This document shows, piece by piece, positions 19,064 through 29,314 of a stretch of DNA of 64,000 bases (positions are counted from its first letter, which is position 1; the number at the start of each line of letters is the position of its first letter). The translations under genes and the position numbers were made by a program. The stretch is from an uncultured Planctomycetia bacterium. GTDB lineage: Bacteria > Omnitrophota > Gorgyraeia > Duberdicusellales > 4484-171. The notes under the pieces are model-generated. The model searched no databases and was not told the origin of the DNA. It saw nothing but the letters and a program-made list of their open reading frames with translations. The DNA lies in the NCBI GenBank assembly GCA_964605645.1, contig CAZSDJ010000002.1, positions 394 through 64,393 of the forward strand. The letters run 5' to 3'.

Positions 19064-20053
19064 ATGTGGGCTTTAGTTTTTTTACGAATATTTTTTATTT
19101 TTATTTTTGTGGTATTGGGTTTTTCTTTAAGTAAAGGTAATCCTTTATTATTTGCTGCAATCGGCCTCGGTACAGGGATTTTTGTAGTAGTTTTAGAGAT
19201 GTTTGGGCGCAAAGTATCATTAAAAGGCTTAAGCAGTGCTGTGTTTGGAATTTTACTGGGCTTATTGCTTTCTGCTGTCTTTGGCTTAGCTTTAGCTCAG
19301 TTTCCTTTGCCTGCTGATGTGACACCTGATTTTTTAGATAATATTAAATTGTTTGTTACTTTAGTTTTTGTTTACCTGGGTTTAACTTTGGGGATCAAAG
19401 GCCAGGATGAATTTAATTTGGTTATCCCTTATGTAAAATTTAAAAGAGGAGAATCGAGAGAAGAAGAAATTATTGTTGATACAAGTAGTATTATCGACGG
19501 GAGAATCCTGGATATTGTAAAAACCGGTTTTGTTGAAGCAAAATTTATTATTCCTCGCTTTGTGTTGAATGAAATGCATACTTTAGCTGATTCAACTGAT
19601 CACATGAAAAGGCAGAAAGGAAAAAGGGGGATAGAAATATTACATGATTTAAAAAAACAGCCGAATATCGACATTGAAGTTACGGAAGAAGAAATTGCCG
19701 TAGTGAAAACAGTTGATGAAAAGATTATTAAATTAGCTCAAAAACACAGCGCTAAAGTGTTAACTACAGATTATAATTTAAATCGAATTGCTCAATTTCA
19801 GGGAGTAAAAGTATTAAATATCAATGATCTTGCGAATGCCTTAAAGCCGTCTTTGATAACGGGTAATACTTTTAATTTGAAATTAGTGAAAGAAGGTAAA
19901 GAACGGAATCAGGCAATAGGATATCTAGAAGATGGAACGATGGTAGTTGTCGAGGGCGGCAAGAAATTAGTGGGAAAAACTGTGAATGTAGAAGTTGCTT
20001 CTGTATTACAGAATCCAAGTGGTAGAATTATTTTTACAAAATTAAGTAGTTAA
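19064..20053 (+). CDS. yacL: PIN/TRAM domain membrane protein (YacL-like)
   Basis: N-terminal TM helices, PIN-like core, C-terminal TRAM-like beta domain. Position after radA and before ispD/ispF as in the Firmicutes clpC-radA-disA-yacL-ispDF locus. Confidence 0.7.
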   Translation: MWALVFLRIFFIFIFVVLGFSLSKGNPLLFAAIGLGTGIFVVVLEMFGRKVSLKGLSSAVFGILLGLLLSAVFGLALAQFPLPADVTPDFLDNIKLFVTLVFVYLGLTLGIKGQDEFNLVIPYVKFKRGESREEEIIVDTSSIIDGRILDIVKTGFVEAKFIIPRFVLNEMHTLADSTDHMKRQKGKRGIEILHDLKKQPNIDIEVTEEEIAVVKTVDEKIIKLAQKHSAKVLTTDYNLNRIAQFQGVKVLNINDLANALKPSLITGNTFNLKLVKEGKERNQAIGYLEDGTMVVVEGGKKLVGKTVNVEVASVLQNPSGRIIFTKLSS

Positions 20054-20054
20054 G

Positions 20055-20717
20055 ATGAAAGTTGCAGCTGTAATTGTGGGTGCCGGTTTTGGCAAGCGTA
20101 TTGGCAAAGCGAAGGCAGCTATTTTGCTGGAGGGGAAGCCTCTTTTTTACTATAGCCTAAAGACTTTTTTGAATTGCAAAGCGATAGGCCAAGTAATTTT
20201 GGTCCTTCAGAAAAAGCATTTTAAAATAGCAAAAAATTTTATAGATAATAAGAAAGTTACTTTAACAGCTGGCGGTCAAACCAGAAAACAATCTGTAATA
20301 AATGGATTGGAAAAAGTAAGAGAAGGGATAGATTTTATTTTAATTCATGATTGTGCGCGGCCTTTTTTAAAAAAACAATTAATATTAAAAGTAATTAAAG
20401 AATTAAAAAATTATCCGGCCGTAATTCCGGGGATTAAGGTAAAAGATACTTTAAAACAAGTTCAAAAAGGGCTAGTAAAAAAGACCTTAAATAGAGAGAA
20501 TATTTTATCTATTCAGACCCCTCAGGGTTTTCGAAAAAATTTACTTAAATCTGAATATAAAAAACATAAACATCTTAAAATAACCGATTCAGCCAAAATT
20601 TTTGAAAAAGCAGGGCATCCTGTAAAAATAGTCGAAGGAGACAGGCTCAATTTTAAAATAACTTATAAAGAAGATATCTTTTTGGCCAAGAGGATAAAAA
20701 AATATGAAAGAATATAG
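20055..20717 (+). CDS. ispD: 2-C-methyl-D-erythritol 4-phosphate cytidylyltransferase
   Basis: N-terminal AAVIVGAGFGKRIG nucleotide-binding motif. 220 aa. Directly upstream of ispF. Confidence 0.85.
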   Translation: MKVAAVIVGAGFGKRIGKAKAAILLEGKPLFYYSLKTFLNCKAIGQVILVLQKKHFKIAKNFIDNKKVTLTAGGQTRKQSVINGLEKVREGIDFILIHDCARPFLKKQLILKVIKELKNYPAVIPGIKVKDTLKQVQKGLVKKTLNRENILSIQTPQGFRKNLLKSEYKKHKHLKITDSAKIFEKAGHPVKIVEGDRLNFKITYKEDIFLAKRIKKYERI

Positions 20718-21198
20718 AGTTGGTTTAGGTTTTGACTTGCACCGGTTATCAAAAGGAAAATTACCTTTAGTTTTAGGGGGAGTTGAAATTGACTGCGCTC
20801 TTAACTTAATAGCTGTGTCTGACGGAGACGTGTTATTACATGCAATAGCAGATGCAGTTTGTGGTGCTTGCAGCTTAGGCGATATTGGAGATTATTTCCC
20901 GCCTGCCGACAAAAGCAATCAAGGTATAGACAGTAAAGATATTGTTGATACTATTTTAAGTAAAATAGAAGGTAATTATAAGTTAATTAATATCGATATA
21001 ACACTAGTTGCAGAGAAGCCGAAATTGGTTTCTTATAAAAAAGAAATTGTTAAATCATTGAAAAATATATTTAAGATAAAAGACATTAATTTAAAAATAA
21101 AATCTAAAGAAGCCACAGAAGTTTTAGGAGGCATTGATTCTATGAGCTGTCTTGCGGCAGTCTTAGTTTCAAAGTTTGAAGATGATAAAAATTTATAA
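20704..21198 (+). CDS. ispF: 2-C-methyl-D-erythritol 2,4-cyclodiphosphate synthase
   Basis: RVGLGFDLHRL metal-binding motif. 164 aa. Confidence 0.9.
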   Translation: MKEYRVGLGFDLHRLSKGKLPLVLGGVEIDCALNLIAVSDGDVLLHAIADAVCGACSLGDIGDYFPPADKSNQGIDSKDIVDTILSKIEGNYKLINIDITLVAEKPKLVSYKKEIVKSLKNIFKIKDINLKIKSKEATEVLGGIDSMSCLAAVLVSKFEDDKNL

Positions 21199-22591
21199 TT
21201 CATTAACTAAAAAAAAGCAAGAATTTATACCTGTTGAAAAAAATCATATTAAATTTTATGCTTGCGGCGTAACTGTTTATGATGATTGTCATATCGGCCA
21301 CGGCCGTTCCTTATATATTTTTGATGTTATTTACCGTTATTTAGAATTTCGCGGCTACAAAGTAAAATTTGTCCGCAATATTACAGATATTGATGATAAA
21401 ATTATTAATAAATCTCGACAATTAGGGATTAGCTGGAAAGAGGTAGCTGATAAATACATAAGCCATTACCGGAAGGATTTAGAAAGTTTAGAGTTAAAAC
21501 CGATTAATTGCCAGCCAAAAGCAACAGAAAATATTAAAGAGATGATAAATTACATAAAACAATTAATCGAAAAAGGATATGCTTACCAAACTGATACCGG
21601 TGTCTATTTTTCTGTGAGAAAATTTAGCCAATACGGTCAACTATCCGGCCAGAAAATTGATGATATTTTAGCTTCGGGGAGAATCAGTGCTGATGAAAAT
21701 AAAAAAGATCCTCTTGATTTTGCACTTTGGAAAGCATCGAAAGAAGGCGAACCAAGTTGGGAGAGCCCCTGGGGAAAAGGAAGGCCGGGTTGGCATATAG
21801 AGTGTTCTGTAATGAGTCAAAAATATCTTAAGTGTGAAACTTTAGATATTCATGGGGGGGGGAGGGATTTAATTTTTCCTCATCATGAAAATGAAGCTGC
21901 ACAGGCTGAAAGTTTATCCGGGAAGAATTTTGTAAACTATTGGCTGCATCATGGCCTATTAACTATTGAGGGGCAAAAGATGTCGAAGTCTTTAGGTAAT
22001 TTTGTAAAAATATCGGATGTATTACACCGGTATCCCGCGGATGTTTTAAAGTTTTTTTATTTACAAGCTCATTATTCTTCTGCGATTGATTTTTCTTGGG
22101 CTAAAATGGAAGAAGCAAAAAAAGCATATCAACACATTAAAATATTGAAAGAAAAGTTAGAAAATTATCTTCAAGGTAAAAAAGGCCAAAAAGAAATTCC
22201 AGAAGAAAATGATAAGAGCAAAGATTACCGGAAGCAGTTTAGTGAAGTTATGGATGATGATTTTAATATGCCGAAAGGCTTGGCAGTATTATTTGATTTA
22301 ATAAATCAGGCAAATAAAAAGTTTGCCGAAAAAACAAGCAGTAAAAAAGATAAAAGTTTAGCCGGTTACAGGAAAATATTAGCGAAAATAACAAATGTTT
22401 TTGGGTTTAGTTTTTCAAAAAAAGAAGCGGCCGAAATAAATAGCGGCCAAATAAACAAATTAATAGAAAAAAGAAATCAATGCAGAACAGAAAAAAACTT
22501 TACAAAAGCTGATCAGATCCGGGATGAACTGGCCGGAAAAGGAATAATATTGGAAGACAGCAAAGAAGGAACCGTATGGCGAAGAGAATAA
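21176..22591 (+). CDS. cysS: cysteine--tRNA ligase
   Basis: Class I HIGH (CHIGHGRS) and KMSKS (QKMSKSLGN) motifs. Zinc-binding Cys at WHIECS. Confidence 0.9.
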   Translation: MKMIKIYNSLTKKKQEFIPVEKNHIKFYACGVTVYDDCHIGHGRSLYIFDVIYRYLEFRGYKVKFVRNITDIDDKIINKSRQLGISWKEVADKYISHYRKDLESLELKPINCQPKATENIKEMINYIKQLIEKGYAYQTDTGVYFSVRKFSQYGQLSGQKIDDILASGRISADENKKDPLDFALWKASKEGEPSWESPWGKGRPGWHIECSVMSQKYLKCETLDIHGGGRDLIFPHHENEAAQAESLSGKNFVNYWLHHGLLTIEGQKMSKSLGNFVKISDVLHRYPADVLKFFYLQAHYSSAIDFSWAKMEEAKKAYQHIKILKEKLENYLQGKKGQKEIPEENDKSKDYRKQFSEVMDDDFNMPKGLAVLFDLINQANKKFAEKTSSKKDKSLAGYRKILAKITNVFGFSFSKKEAAEINSGQINKLIEKRNQCRTEKNFTKADQIRDELAGKGIILEDSKEGTVWRRE

Positions 22592-23223
22592 AAAGAAAAA
22601 AAGCAATATTAATTACTGTTGAAGGCTTGGAAGGCTGCGGTAAAACCAGTGTTATTAAATTTCTTGAAAATTTATTTTCTGAAAAAAAAATGAAAGTTAA
22701 AGTTTACCGCGAACCGGGTTCAACAAAAATTGGTGAAGAGATAAGAAAGATTTTGCTGGATAAAAAAGAAATGGTGCTTTCTCCGCACACTGAACTGCTC
22801 CTTTATTTAGCAGCCCGGACACAATTGATTGAAGAAAAGCTAAATAAGGATTTAGGTAATTTTGATATTATTATCTGTGATCGCTTTTATGATTCAACTT
22901 TAGTTTATCAAGGTTATGCCTTAGGTTTAGGTGAAATTGTAAAAAAGTCGGTAGAATTTTTTTCTTTAGGGATAAAGCCCGATTTAACTTTATTCTTAGA
23001 TGTGGCAGTGGAGATAGGTTTATCTCGATTAAAAACAAAGGATAGAATTGAATCACGTTCATTAACTTTTCATAAAAAATTAAGGGAAGGTTTTCTAAAA
23101 CTAGCCCATACAGAACCAAAGCGGATAAAGGTTGTTAATGCATCAGGCCGGCTTAATCAAATTTATCCCCGGATCAGAGAAATTTTGATTAAATCAAAAA
23201 AAGTTCCGCTATCCAAAGATTAA
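22576..23223 (+). CDS. tmk: thymidylate kinase
   Basis: P-loop EGLEGCGKTS, DRF/DRY motif, LID region. 215 aa. Confidence 0.85.
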   Translation: MAKRIKRKKAILITVEGLEGCGKTSVIKFLENLFSEKKMKVKVYREPGSTKIGEEIRKILLDKKEMVLSPHTELLLYLAARTQLIEEKLNKDLGNFDIIICDRFYDSTLVYQGYALGLGEIVKKSVEFFSLGIKPDLTLFLDVAVEIGLSRLKTKDRIESRSLTFHKKLREGFLKLAHTEPKRIKVVNASGRLNQIYPRIREILIKSKKVPLSKD

Positions 23224-23245
23224 TCTTTCAACAATAAAAAGAAAA

Positions 23246-25069
23246 ATGATAAAAAAATACGATCTTATTATAATTGGTGGGGGCCATGCCGGAATCGAAG
23301 CAGGCAATGCAGCCTCAAAGATGGGGTGTTTGGTGCTGTTGATTAGTCTTGACCTTGATTTAATCGGAAAACTTTCCTGCAACCCGGCTGTGGGGGGAGT
23401 TTCAAAAGGAACTTTGGTGAGGGAAGTTGATGCTTTAGGCGGGTTAATCGGTAAAATTACAGATCAGTGTGCTTTGGGATATAAAACTTTAAATAAAAGT
23501 AAGGGGAAAGCCGTGTGGGCGACACGAGCCCAAGTAGATATGTTTTTATATCCGCAACTAGCAAAAAAATATTTGGAAAACAATCAAAATATAGATATAT
23601 TGCAGGCAAAAGTAAAAGAAATCATTGTACGTAAAGGCAAAGCAGCCGGGGTTAAAACTAATCTTGGCCAAGATTTTTTAAGTAGTTGTATTATTGTTGC
23701 AGCCGGCACTTTTTTAAAAAGTAAAATCCATATTGGTTTAAACTCATTTTCCGGGGGACGGATAGCTGAAAGCTCCAGTGATCAATTATTTAATTCAATT
23801 AAGGCTTTAGGTTTTAAAACTAAACATTTTAAAACGGGAACTTGCGCCCGCCTTGACAACAGAACAATTAATTTTGATAAAATGATCAAGCAGCTGCCGG
23901 AAAATGATGTCCTGCCATTTTCATTTACCAATAAAAAGATTAATAAAAATAGAGTCAGTTGCTTTATTACCCATACTAATAAAAAAACTCATAAAATAAT
24001 AAAAGATAATTTAAAATTCTCACCTCTTTATACCGGTAAAATTAAATCTCAAGGGGTAAGATATTGCCCTTCTTTGGAAGATAAGATTATAAAATTTTGG
24101 CAAAAAGATAAACATCAAATTTTCATTGAACCGGAAGGGCTTGATTCTTATGAAGTATATCCTAACGGTATTTCAACTTCATTGCCTTTTCAAACTCAAA
24201 TACAATTTATTCATTCAATAGCAGGGTTAGAAAAAGCAAAAATTATTCGGCCCGGTTATGGGATTGAGCACGGCTTAATCGATGCACGTCAGCTTTTCGC
24301 TAATCTTGAATCCAAGAAATATTCGGGTTTGTTTTTCGCCGGGCAAGTTAACGGCACAACCGGGTATGAAGAAGCTGCCGCGCAAGGGATTGTGGCCGGG
24401 ATAAATGCAGCTTTAAAAATAAAAAATAAAAAACCTTTTGTTTTAAAAAGAGATCAAGCTTATATCGGGGTGTTAATTGATGACTTGGTTAAGAAGGGGA
24501 CAGATGAGCCTTACCGGATGTTTACTTCGCGTTGTGAGTTTAGGCTAACTTTACGAGAAAGTAATTCTGGCTTACGCCTTGGTTGGTTAGGTTATCAATT
24601 AGGATTATTGAAGAAACAGGATTATCAACTGATAAAGGAAAAAGAACAAGAAATAAAAAGAATCAAAAATAAATTAAAGAGCATTAATTCTAAAAAAAGA
24701 CCAAAACAGAAAAATTTATTTGAATTACTTAAGGAGCCCGGAGTTACTTTTCGGCAGATTAAAAAGGAAGCAAAAGAAAGTAAAATTCCTCCGGATGTTG
24801 AAGCTGAAGTGGAAATAGCTGCTAAATATCAAGGGTTTTTAAAGCGAGAGAAGGTTTGGCTGCGTGAACTTAAAAATTTAGATAAAGTTAAAATGCCGAA
24901 AATAGATTTTGCTCAAATACCTTCTTTATCTAAAGAGGTGACCGAAAAGCTTAATAAGTTTAAGCCGGATTCCCTGGGTGAAGCTTTTGCTATTTCCGGA
25001 ATTACTCCGGCTGCAATTTTGACTGTTTATAATTTTATTAAAAGTAAGCAGAAGAAAAATAAGTTATAA
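23246..25069 (+). CDS. mnmG: tRNA uridine 5-carboxymethylaminomethyl modification enzyme MnmG (GidA)
   Basis: FAD-binding DLIIIGGGHAGIEAG. 607 aa, GidA family signature regions. Confidence 0.9.
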   Translation: MIKKYDLIIIGGGHAGIEAGNAASKMGCLVLLISLDLDLIGKLSCNPAVGGVSKGTLVREVDALGGLIGKITDQCALGYKTLNKSKGKAVWATRAQVDMFLYPQLAKKYLENNQNIDILQAKVKEIIVRKGKAAGVKTNLGQDFLSSCIIVAAGTFLKSKIHIGLNSFSGGRIAESSSDQLFNSIKALGFKTKHFKTGTCARLDNRTINFDKMIKQLPENDVLPFSFTNKKINKNRVSCFITHTNKKTHKIIKDNLKFSPLYTGKIKSQGVRYCPSLEDKIIKFWQKDKHQIFIEPEGLDSYEVYPNGISTSLPFQTQIQFIHSIAGLEKAKIIRPGYGIEHGLIDARQLFANLESKKYSGLFFAGQVNGTTGYEEAAAQGIVAGINAALKIKNKKPFVLKRDQAYIGVLIDDLVKKGTDEPYRMFTSRCEFRLTLRESNSGLRLGWLGYQLGLLKKQDYQLIKEKEQEIKRIKNKLKSINSKKRPKQKNLFELLKEPGVTFRQIKKEAKESKIPPDVEAEVEIAAKYQGFLKREKVWLRELKNLDKVKMPKIDFAQIPSLSKEVTEKLNKFKPDSLGEAFAISGITPAAILTVYNFIKSKQKKNKL

Positions 25070-25082
25070 TTTACTTGTTTAT

Positions 25083-26162
25083 TTATAAATTTAGGTAATC
25101 CGCTATATAATCGGCGAATTTAGTGATTCCATCAGAAGGGCTGAGTATCTTTTTTGCTTCTTTTAATCTTTCCTTAAACAAATTATAGGCTTCTTTATCT
25201 CTTAAATAATATAGGGTATTGTCAGCTATATTTTGAGGGGTTGCTTTTTCCTGAAGCAGTTCAGGGACTATCTGTTTGTTTGCTAATATGTTGATCATCC
25301 CGGCAAATTTTGTATGGATAAGTTTTTTTATTATATACCAGGTAAGTTTGTTAACTTTATAGATTATTAAATAGGGAATTTCTAAAATTGCAGTCTCAAC
25401 TGTTGCTGTACCGGATGCCGCTACCGCAAACTCAGAATGGCTTAAAACTTTATAAGAGTGGTTTATAATTTCCTCTTTGCTAAAAAACCTTTGATATATT
25501 TTTTTATCTAATCCCGCAGGCTTCAATATTTGAAATTTATAATTAGGTAATGATTTTTTGATAATTTTTTTTGCCTCGGCTAAAATTTTGAGGTGGTATT
25601 TTATTTCGTTTTTGCGTGAGCCGGGCAAAAAAGAGATAATATTTTTCTTTTTTAAATCTTTTTTATTGATTATCTCAAGCAAAGGATGGCCAAAATAAGC
25701 AGTATCGGTATTTTCTTTTTCATAGATCTTTTTTTCAAATTTAAAAATAGGGATCATTTTGTCGGTATATTTTTTAATAGTTTTTATTCGTTTTTTCCGC
25801 CAAGCCCACACTTGCGGACTGACATAGTAAAAGATTGGTATTTTGTGGTTTATATTTTTTGCTACGTTTAAATTAAAATCAGGGAAATCTATTAAAATTA
25901 TTAAGTCCGGTTTGATTTTATTAATTTCAAATATAGTTTGATCAAATATTTTTTTAAATTTTCCCAAAGAAGAGATTACTTCTATTAAGCCGCAAACTGA
26001 ATGGGAAACCAAATCTATTAATTGGCAAGAATTATCTGCTAAGACTTTTCCGCCAAATGAATAAATTCGGCAAGAATTAAATTTTTCATTAATTGTTTTA
26101 GCTAAATGGCCTCCGTAGAGGTCGCCGGAAGCATCACCGGCGATAATAACAATTTTTTTCAT
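25083..26162 (-). CDS. lpxB: lipid-A-disaccharide synthase
   Basis: N-terminus IVIIAGDASGDLYGGHL characteristic of LpxB. 359 aa. Confidence 0.85.
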   Translation of the reverse strand: MKKIVIIAGDASGDLYGGHLAKTINEKFNSCRIYSFGGKVLADNSCQLIDLVSHSVCGLIEVISSLGKFKKIFDQTIFEINKIKPDLIILIDFPDFNLNVAKNINHKIPIFYYVSPQVWAWRKKRIKTIKKYTDKMIPIFKFEKKIYEKENTDTAYFGHPLLEIINKKDLKKKNIISFLPGSRKNEIKYHLKILAEAKKIIKKSLPNYKFQILKPAGLDKKIYQRFFSKEEIINHSYKVLSHSEFAVAASGTATVETAILEIPYLIIYKVNKLTWYIIKKLIHTKFAGMINILANKQIVPELLQEKATPQNIADNTLYYLRDKEAYNLFKERLKEAKKILSPSDGITKFADYIADYLNL

Positions 26163-26175
26163 TATTTTTTAAAAA

Positions 26176-27075
26176 TTAAGATTTTTTAATAATGTCTTCA
26201 ATTTTTGTTGCAGCCAACAATGCGTCTTTTGCTGATTCGGCATAGGAACTATTTGAATCTTTTTTAATCACTAAATTTATAAAATGATCAATTTCTTTTT
26301 TTAGAGGTTCTTCTTTTTCTATTGTTAAATTTTGATGAGATATTTTAGTGCCGGTTTTTTTGTATACTTCAACACTTTGCCGGGCATAATCGATAGAAAT
26401 ATATTTATTCTGCATAAATATTCTTATTTTTCTTTCTTTTTTTGATGATATTCGCGATGATGTTATGTTGGCTACACAACCGTTTTTAAAACTTATTCTA
26501 CAATTAGCGATATCTTCCGCAGAAGATAGTACTTTAACGCCTTTAGCGTCTATTTTCTTTATTTTATCTTGTACTAAATCTAAAATGATATCTAAATCAT
26601 GAATCATTAAATCAAGCACTACGCTTATATCTAAAGAACGATGCGGATAAGGGCTGAGCCGGTGGCATTCTATAAATAAAGGATTTTTTATACTTTCTTT
26701 GACTTTTAAATAAGCACTGTTATATCTTTCAACGTGTCCTACAAAAAGAAGGGTATTATTTTTTTTTGCAATATTAATTAATTTTTTTGCCTGGCGAGAG
26801 TTTTTTGTGATTGGTTTTTCCACCAACACCGGTATTTTATTTTGAAGAAAAAAGCCGGCTATTTTAAAATGAGACGGAGTAGGGGTTGCGATACTTACCA
26901 AATCTACTTTTTTTACTAAATTATGGTAACTTGAAGAAGCAGGAAGATTGTGTTTTTCTAATTTTTCCTTATCTGTGTCGACAATATAAATTTTTTCTAT
27001 TTTTTTTGATTCCTGATAGATACGTAAATGAATTGAGCCTAGTTTTCCCAGGCCGATTACCGCGGCTTTTAACAT
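26176..27075 (-). CDS. Gfo/Idh/MocA-family NAD-dependent oxidoreductase
   Basis: Rossmann AAVIGLGKLGSIHL. Start chosen at the ATG with RBS AAGGAG 5 nt upstream, rather than the TTG at 27138 used by the ORF track. Co-directional with lpxB. Confidence 0.7.
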   Translation of the reverse strand: MLKAAVIGLGKLGSIHLRIYQESKKIEKIYIVDTDKEKLEKHNLPASSSYHNLVKKVDLVSIATPTPSHFKIAGFFLQNKIPVLVEKPITKNSRQAKKLINIAKKNNTLLFVGHVERYNSAYLKVKESIKNPLFIECHRLSPYPHRSLDISVVLDLMIHDLDIILDLVQDKIKKIDAKGVKVLSSAEDIANCRISFKNGCVANITSSRISSKKERKIRIFMQNKYISIDYARQSVEVYKKTGTKISHQNLTIEKEEPLKKEIDHFINLVIKKDSNSSYAESAKDALLAATKIEDIIKKS

Positions 27076-27117
27076 GGAACTCCTTATATTAAGCAGATCG
27101 ATGATACCTAAATATAC

Positions 27118-27140
27118 CCTTGACATTTTTAATGTCAAGG
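27118..27140. promoter_or_regulatory. perfect 23-bp palindrome CCTTGACATT-TTT-AATGTCAAGG in divergent oxidoreductase/msbA promoter region
   Basis: Contains TTGACA on both strands. Minus-strand TTGACA-16-TATATT arrangement could drive the oxidoreductase-lpxB transcript. Core CATTTTTAATG also occurs in the clpC and yacL leaders. Confidence 0.55.
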
Positions 27141-27304
27141 ATTATCCGCCTCAAGACTGCTGTTTCATCTATTTTTAATGATAATGAAGGCGGATAAAAT
27201 TATATTATCAGAGAACTTGAGAAAAGTCAATTAATGTGGTACAATCCCTCACCGTTTAATAAGGATAAAGGATAAAGGTTAAAAAAGGGAAGAGTGAAGA
27301 AAAA

Positions 27305-29122
27305 ATGAAAGAATGCCTAAAGGAATATCGTAAATTATTAAGCTTTGCTAAAGGCCAAAAACTCTGGCTTTTTTTAGCAATTGTTTGTATGGGAGTTACT
27401 ACTCTTTTTGAAGGGGTAAGCCTGGGTTTGATTATCCCTGTTTCGGACAGAGTCTTAACGAATAAAGAGATAGTTATCCCGGGCCAACTCCCTGATTTTT
27501 TAAGTAATTTGATCGATAAATTAAATGCGATTGAACCAATTTCTTTTTTAAAAATTATTGTTATTTTTATACCTTTTCTTTTCTTGCTTAAAGGTATTTT
27601 TGTTTTTCTCCAAAATTATTTTATGAATATAGTCGGCCAAAAAGTAATTTATGAAGTGAGAAACCGCCTTTTTGATAAATTCCATCAGCTTTCTATGAAT
27701 TTTTATTCACGCACCAGGATGGGGGAACTTATGTCCCGAATTACAAATGATGTGGGGGCAATTACCCAAGCTATTTCTTATGCCTTAAAAGACCTTTTAT
27801 TTGAATCAATGAAAGTTATTATTTTTGCGATTTTGGCTTTTTATATCGGTTTTAAAATTTCCTGGAAACTTCCCTTGGTGGCGTTTGTTCTTTTTCCTTT
27901 AATTATGCTTCCTGTCATCAAATTAGGAAAAAGAATTAAAAAATTTACAAGAACTATGCAGGAGAAAATGGCTGATTTAAATTCTTTAATGGCCGATACA
28001 ATTGGCGGAATGTATATTGTAAAAGCTTTTTCCCGCCAAAATCATGAAATGAAACGGTTTAGAGACATAAATTACAGTTATTATAAATTTAATATAAAAG
28101 CAATTAAAAGATTAATCATGATTTCTCCCTTAACAGAATTTATCGCTACAATCGGAGTTGGTTTTGTGTTGTGGGTGGTAGGGAGTGAAGTTATTGCCGG
28201 GAGAGTTTCTTTCGGTATTTTTGGTGCATTTATGGCTTATTTAATGTCAATGATTAGCCCTCTGAAGAAATTATCAAATGTGCATGCCATTAATCAGAAA
28301 GCATTAGCCGCATCATCCAGAATTTATCAAATCTTAGAGGAAACTCCGCAAATAGAAGAAAAAGATGATGCAGAAAACATTGACAATATGAATAATTGCA
28401 TTGAATTTAAAGATGTTTATTTTAGATATGGCTCCGACGATGAATTAGTATTAAAGGATATCAACTTAACAGTGAAAAAGGGGGAAGCCGTTGCTTTAGT
28501 GGGCCCGTCAGGAGCCGGTAAAACTACTCTGGTTAATTTGTTGCCGCGTTTTTATGATCCGGAAAAGGGGATGGTTCAAATTGACCAAAAGGATATAAAA
28601 AATCTAAAAATTGAACCTTTGCGAAATTTAGTTTCAATAGTTTCCCAACAAACAGTACTTTTTCATTCTACTGTGGGCGAAAATATTGCTTACGGGAAAG
28701 AAGGCGCGAGCCGAAGAGAGGTAGAGGAGGCTGCAAAAAAAGCACATGCTTATCAATTTATTCAACAATTTCCGAAAAAGTTTGATACTGTTGTCGGCGA
28801 TCGGGGCGTAAAGCTCTCCGGAGGCCAAAAACAAAGAATATCTATTGCCAGAGCAATCTTAAAAGATGCACCAATTTTAATTTTAGATGAGGCCACTAGC
28901 CAGTTAGACTCAGTTTCAGAGAAATTTATTAAAGAAGCTTTATCGTTATTGATGAAAGATAAAACTACCTTTGTGATTGCTCATCGGCTTTCTACAGTAG
29001 AAAATGCTGATTTAATTGTGGTTTTAGATAAAGGCAGAATCCAGGAAACCGGGACTCACGCCTCGCTTATTGCCGGTGATACTGCTTATAAAAGGCTGTA
29101 TGAACTGCAATTTAACATATAG
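27305..29122 (+). CDS. msbA: ABC transporter permease/ATPase, MsbA-like lipid A exporter
   Basis: Six-TM N-terminal domain and C-terminal NBD (GPSGAGKTT, LSGGQKQRISIARA, ILILDEATSQLD). Adjacent to lpxB. Confidence 0.7.
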   Translation: MKECLKEYRKLLSFAKGQKLWLFLAIVCMGVTTLFEGVSLGLIIPVSDRVLTNKEIVIPGQLPDFLSNLIDKLNAIEPISFLKIIVIFIPFLFLLKGIFVFLQNYFMNIVGQKVIYEVRNRLFDKFHQLSMNFYSRTRMGELMSRITNDVGAITQAISYALKDLLFESMKVIIFAILAFYIGFKISWKLPLVAFVLFPLIMLPVIKLGKRIKKFTRTMQEKMADLNSLMADTIGGMYIVKAFSRQNHEMKRFRDINYSYYKFNIKAIKRLIMISPLTEFIATIGVGFVLWVVGSEVIAGRVSFGIFGAFMAYLMSMISPLKKLSNVHAINQKALAASSRIYQILEETPQIEEKDDAENIDNMNNCIEFKDVYFRYGSDDELVLKDINLTVKKGEAVALVGPSGAGKTTLVNLLPRFYDPEKGMVQIDQKDIKNLKIEPLRNLVSIVSQQTVLFHSTVGENIAYGKEGASRREVEEAAKKAHAYQFIQQFPKKFDTVVGDRGVKLSGGQKQRISIARAILKDAPILILDEATSQLDSVSEKFIKEALSLLMKDKTTFVIAHRLSTVENADLIVVLDKGRIQETGTHASLIAGDTAYKRLYELQFNI

Positions 29123-29177
29123 TAATAAATAATTGAAAATATTGTTGAATATGATATACTTTTCAAATGAATCTTAC

Positions 29178-29219
29178 TCCTTGACAATCAAACTGCCTAG
29201 ATAGTATATTTGTCAAGGA
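29178..29219 (+). promoter_or_regulatory. rpsB promoter P1 (TTGACA-18-TATATT) embedded in inverted repeat TCCTTGACAA...TTGTCAAGGA
   Basis: TTGACA at 29181-29186 and TATATT at 29205-29210. 10-bp arms at 29178-29187 and 29210-29219. A second TTGACA at 29238-29243. Confidence 0.5.
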
Positions 29220-29314
29220 TTTAGATGAATTTGACCCTTGACATTTCTTGATGAACAAAGTTTATTATACATACATTTTACAATGCGAAAACGATATAAG
29301 GAGGAAAAAATACA

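Noticed and set aside
25686-25871. 61-aa plus-strand ORF inside lpxB (antisense)
   Set aside because: It is antisense to LpxB, is lysine/phenylalanine-rich from poly-A/T runs, and has no signals.
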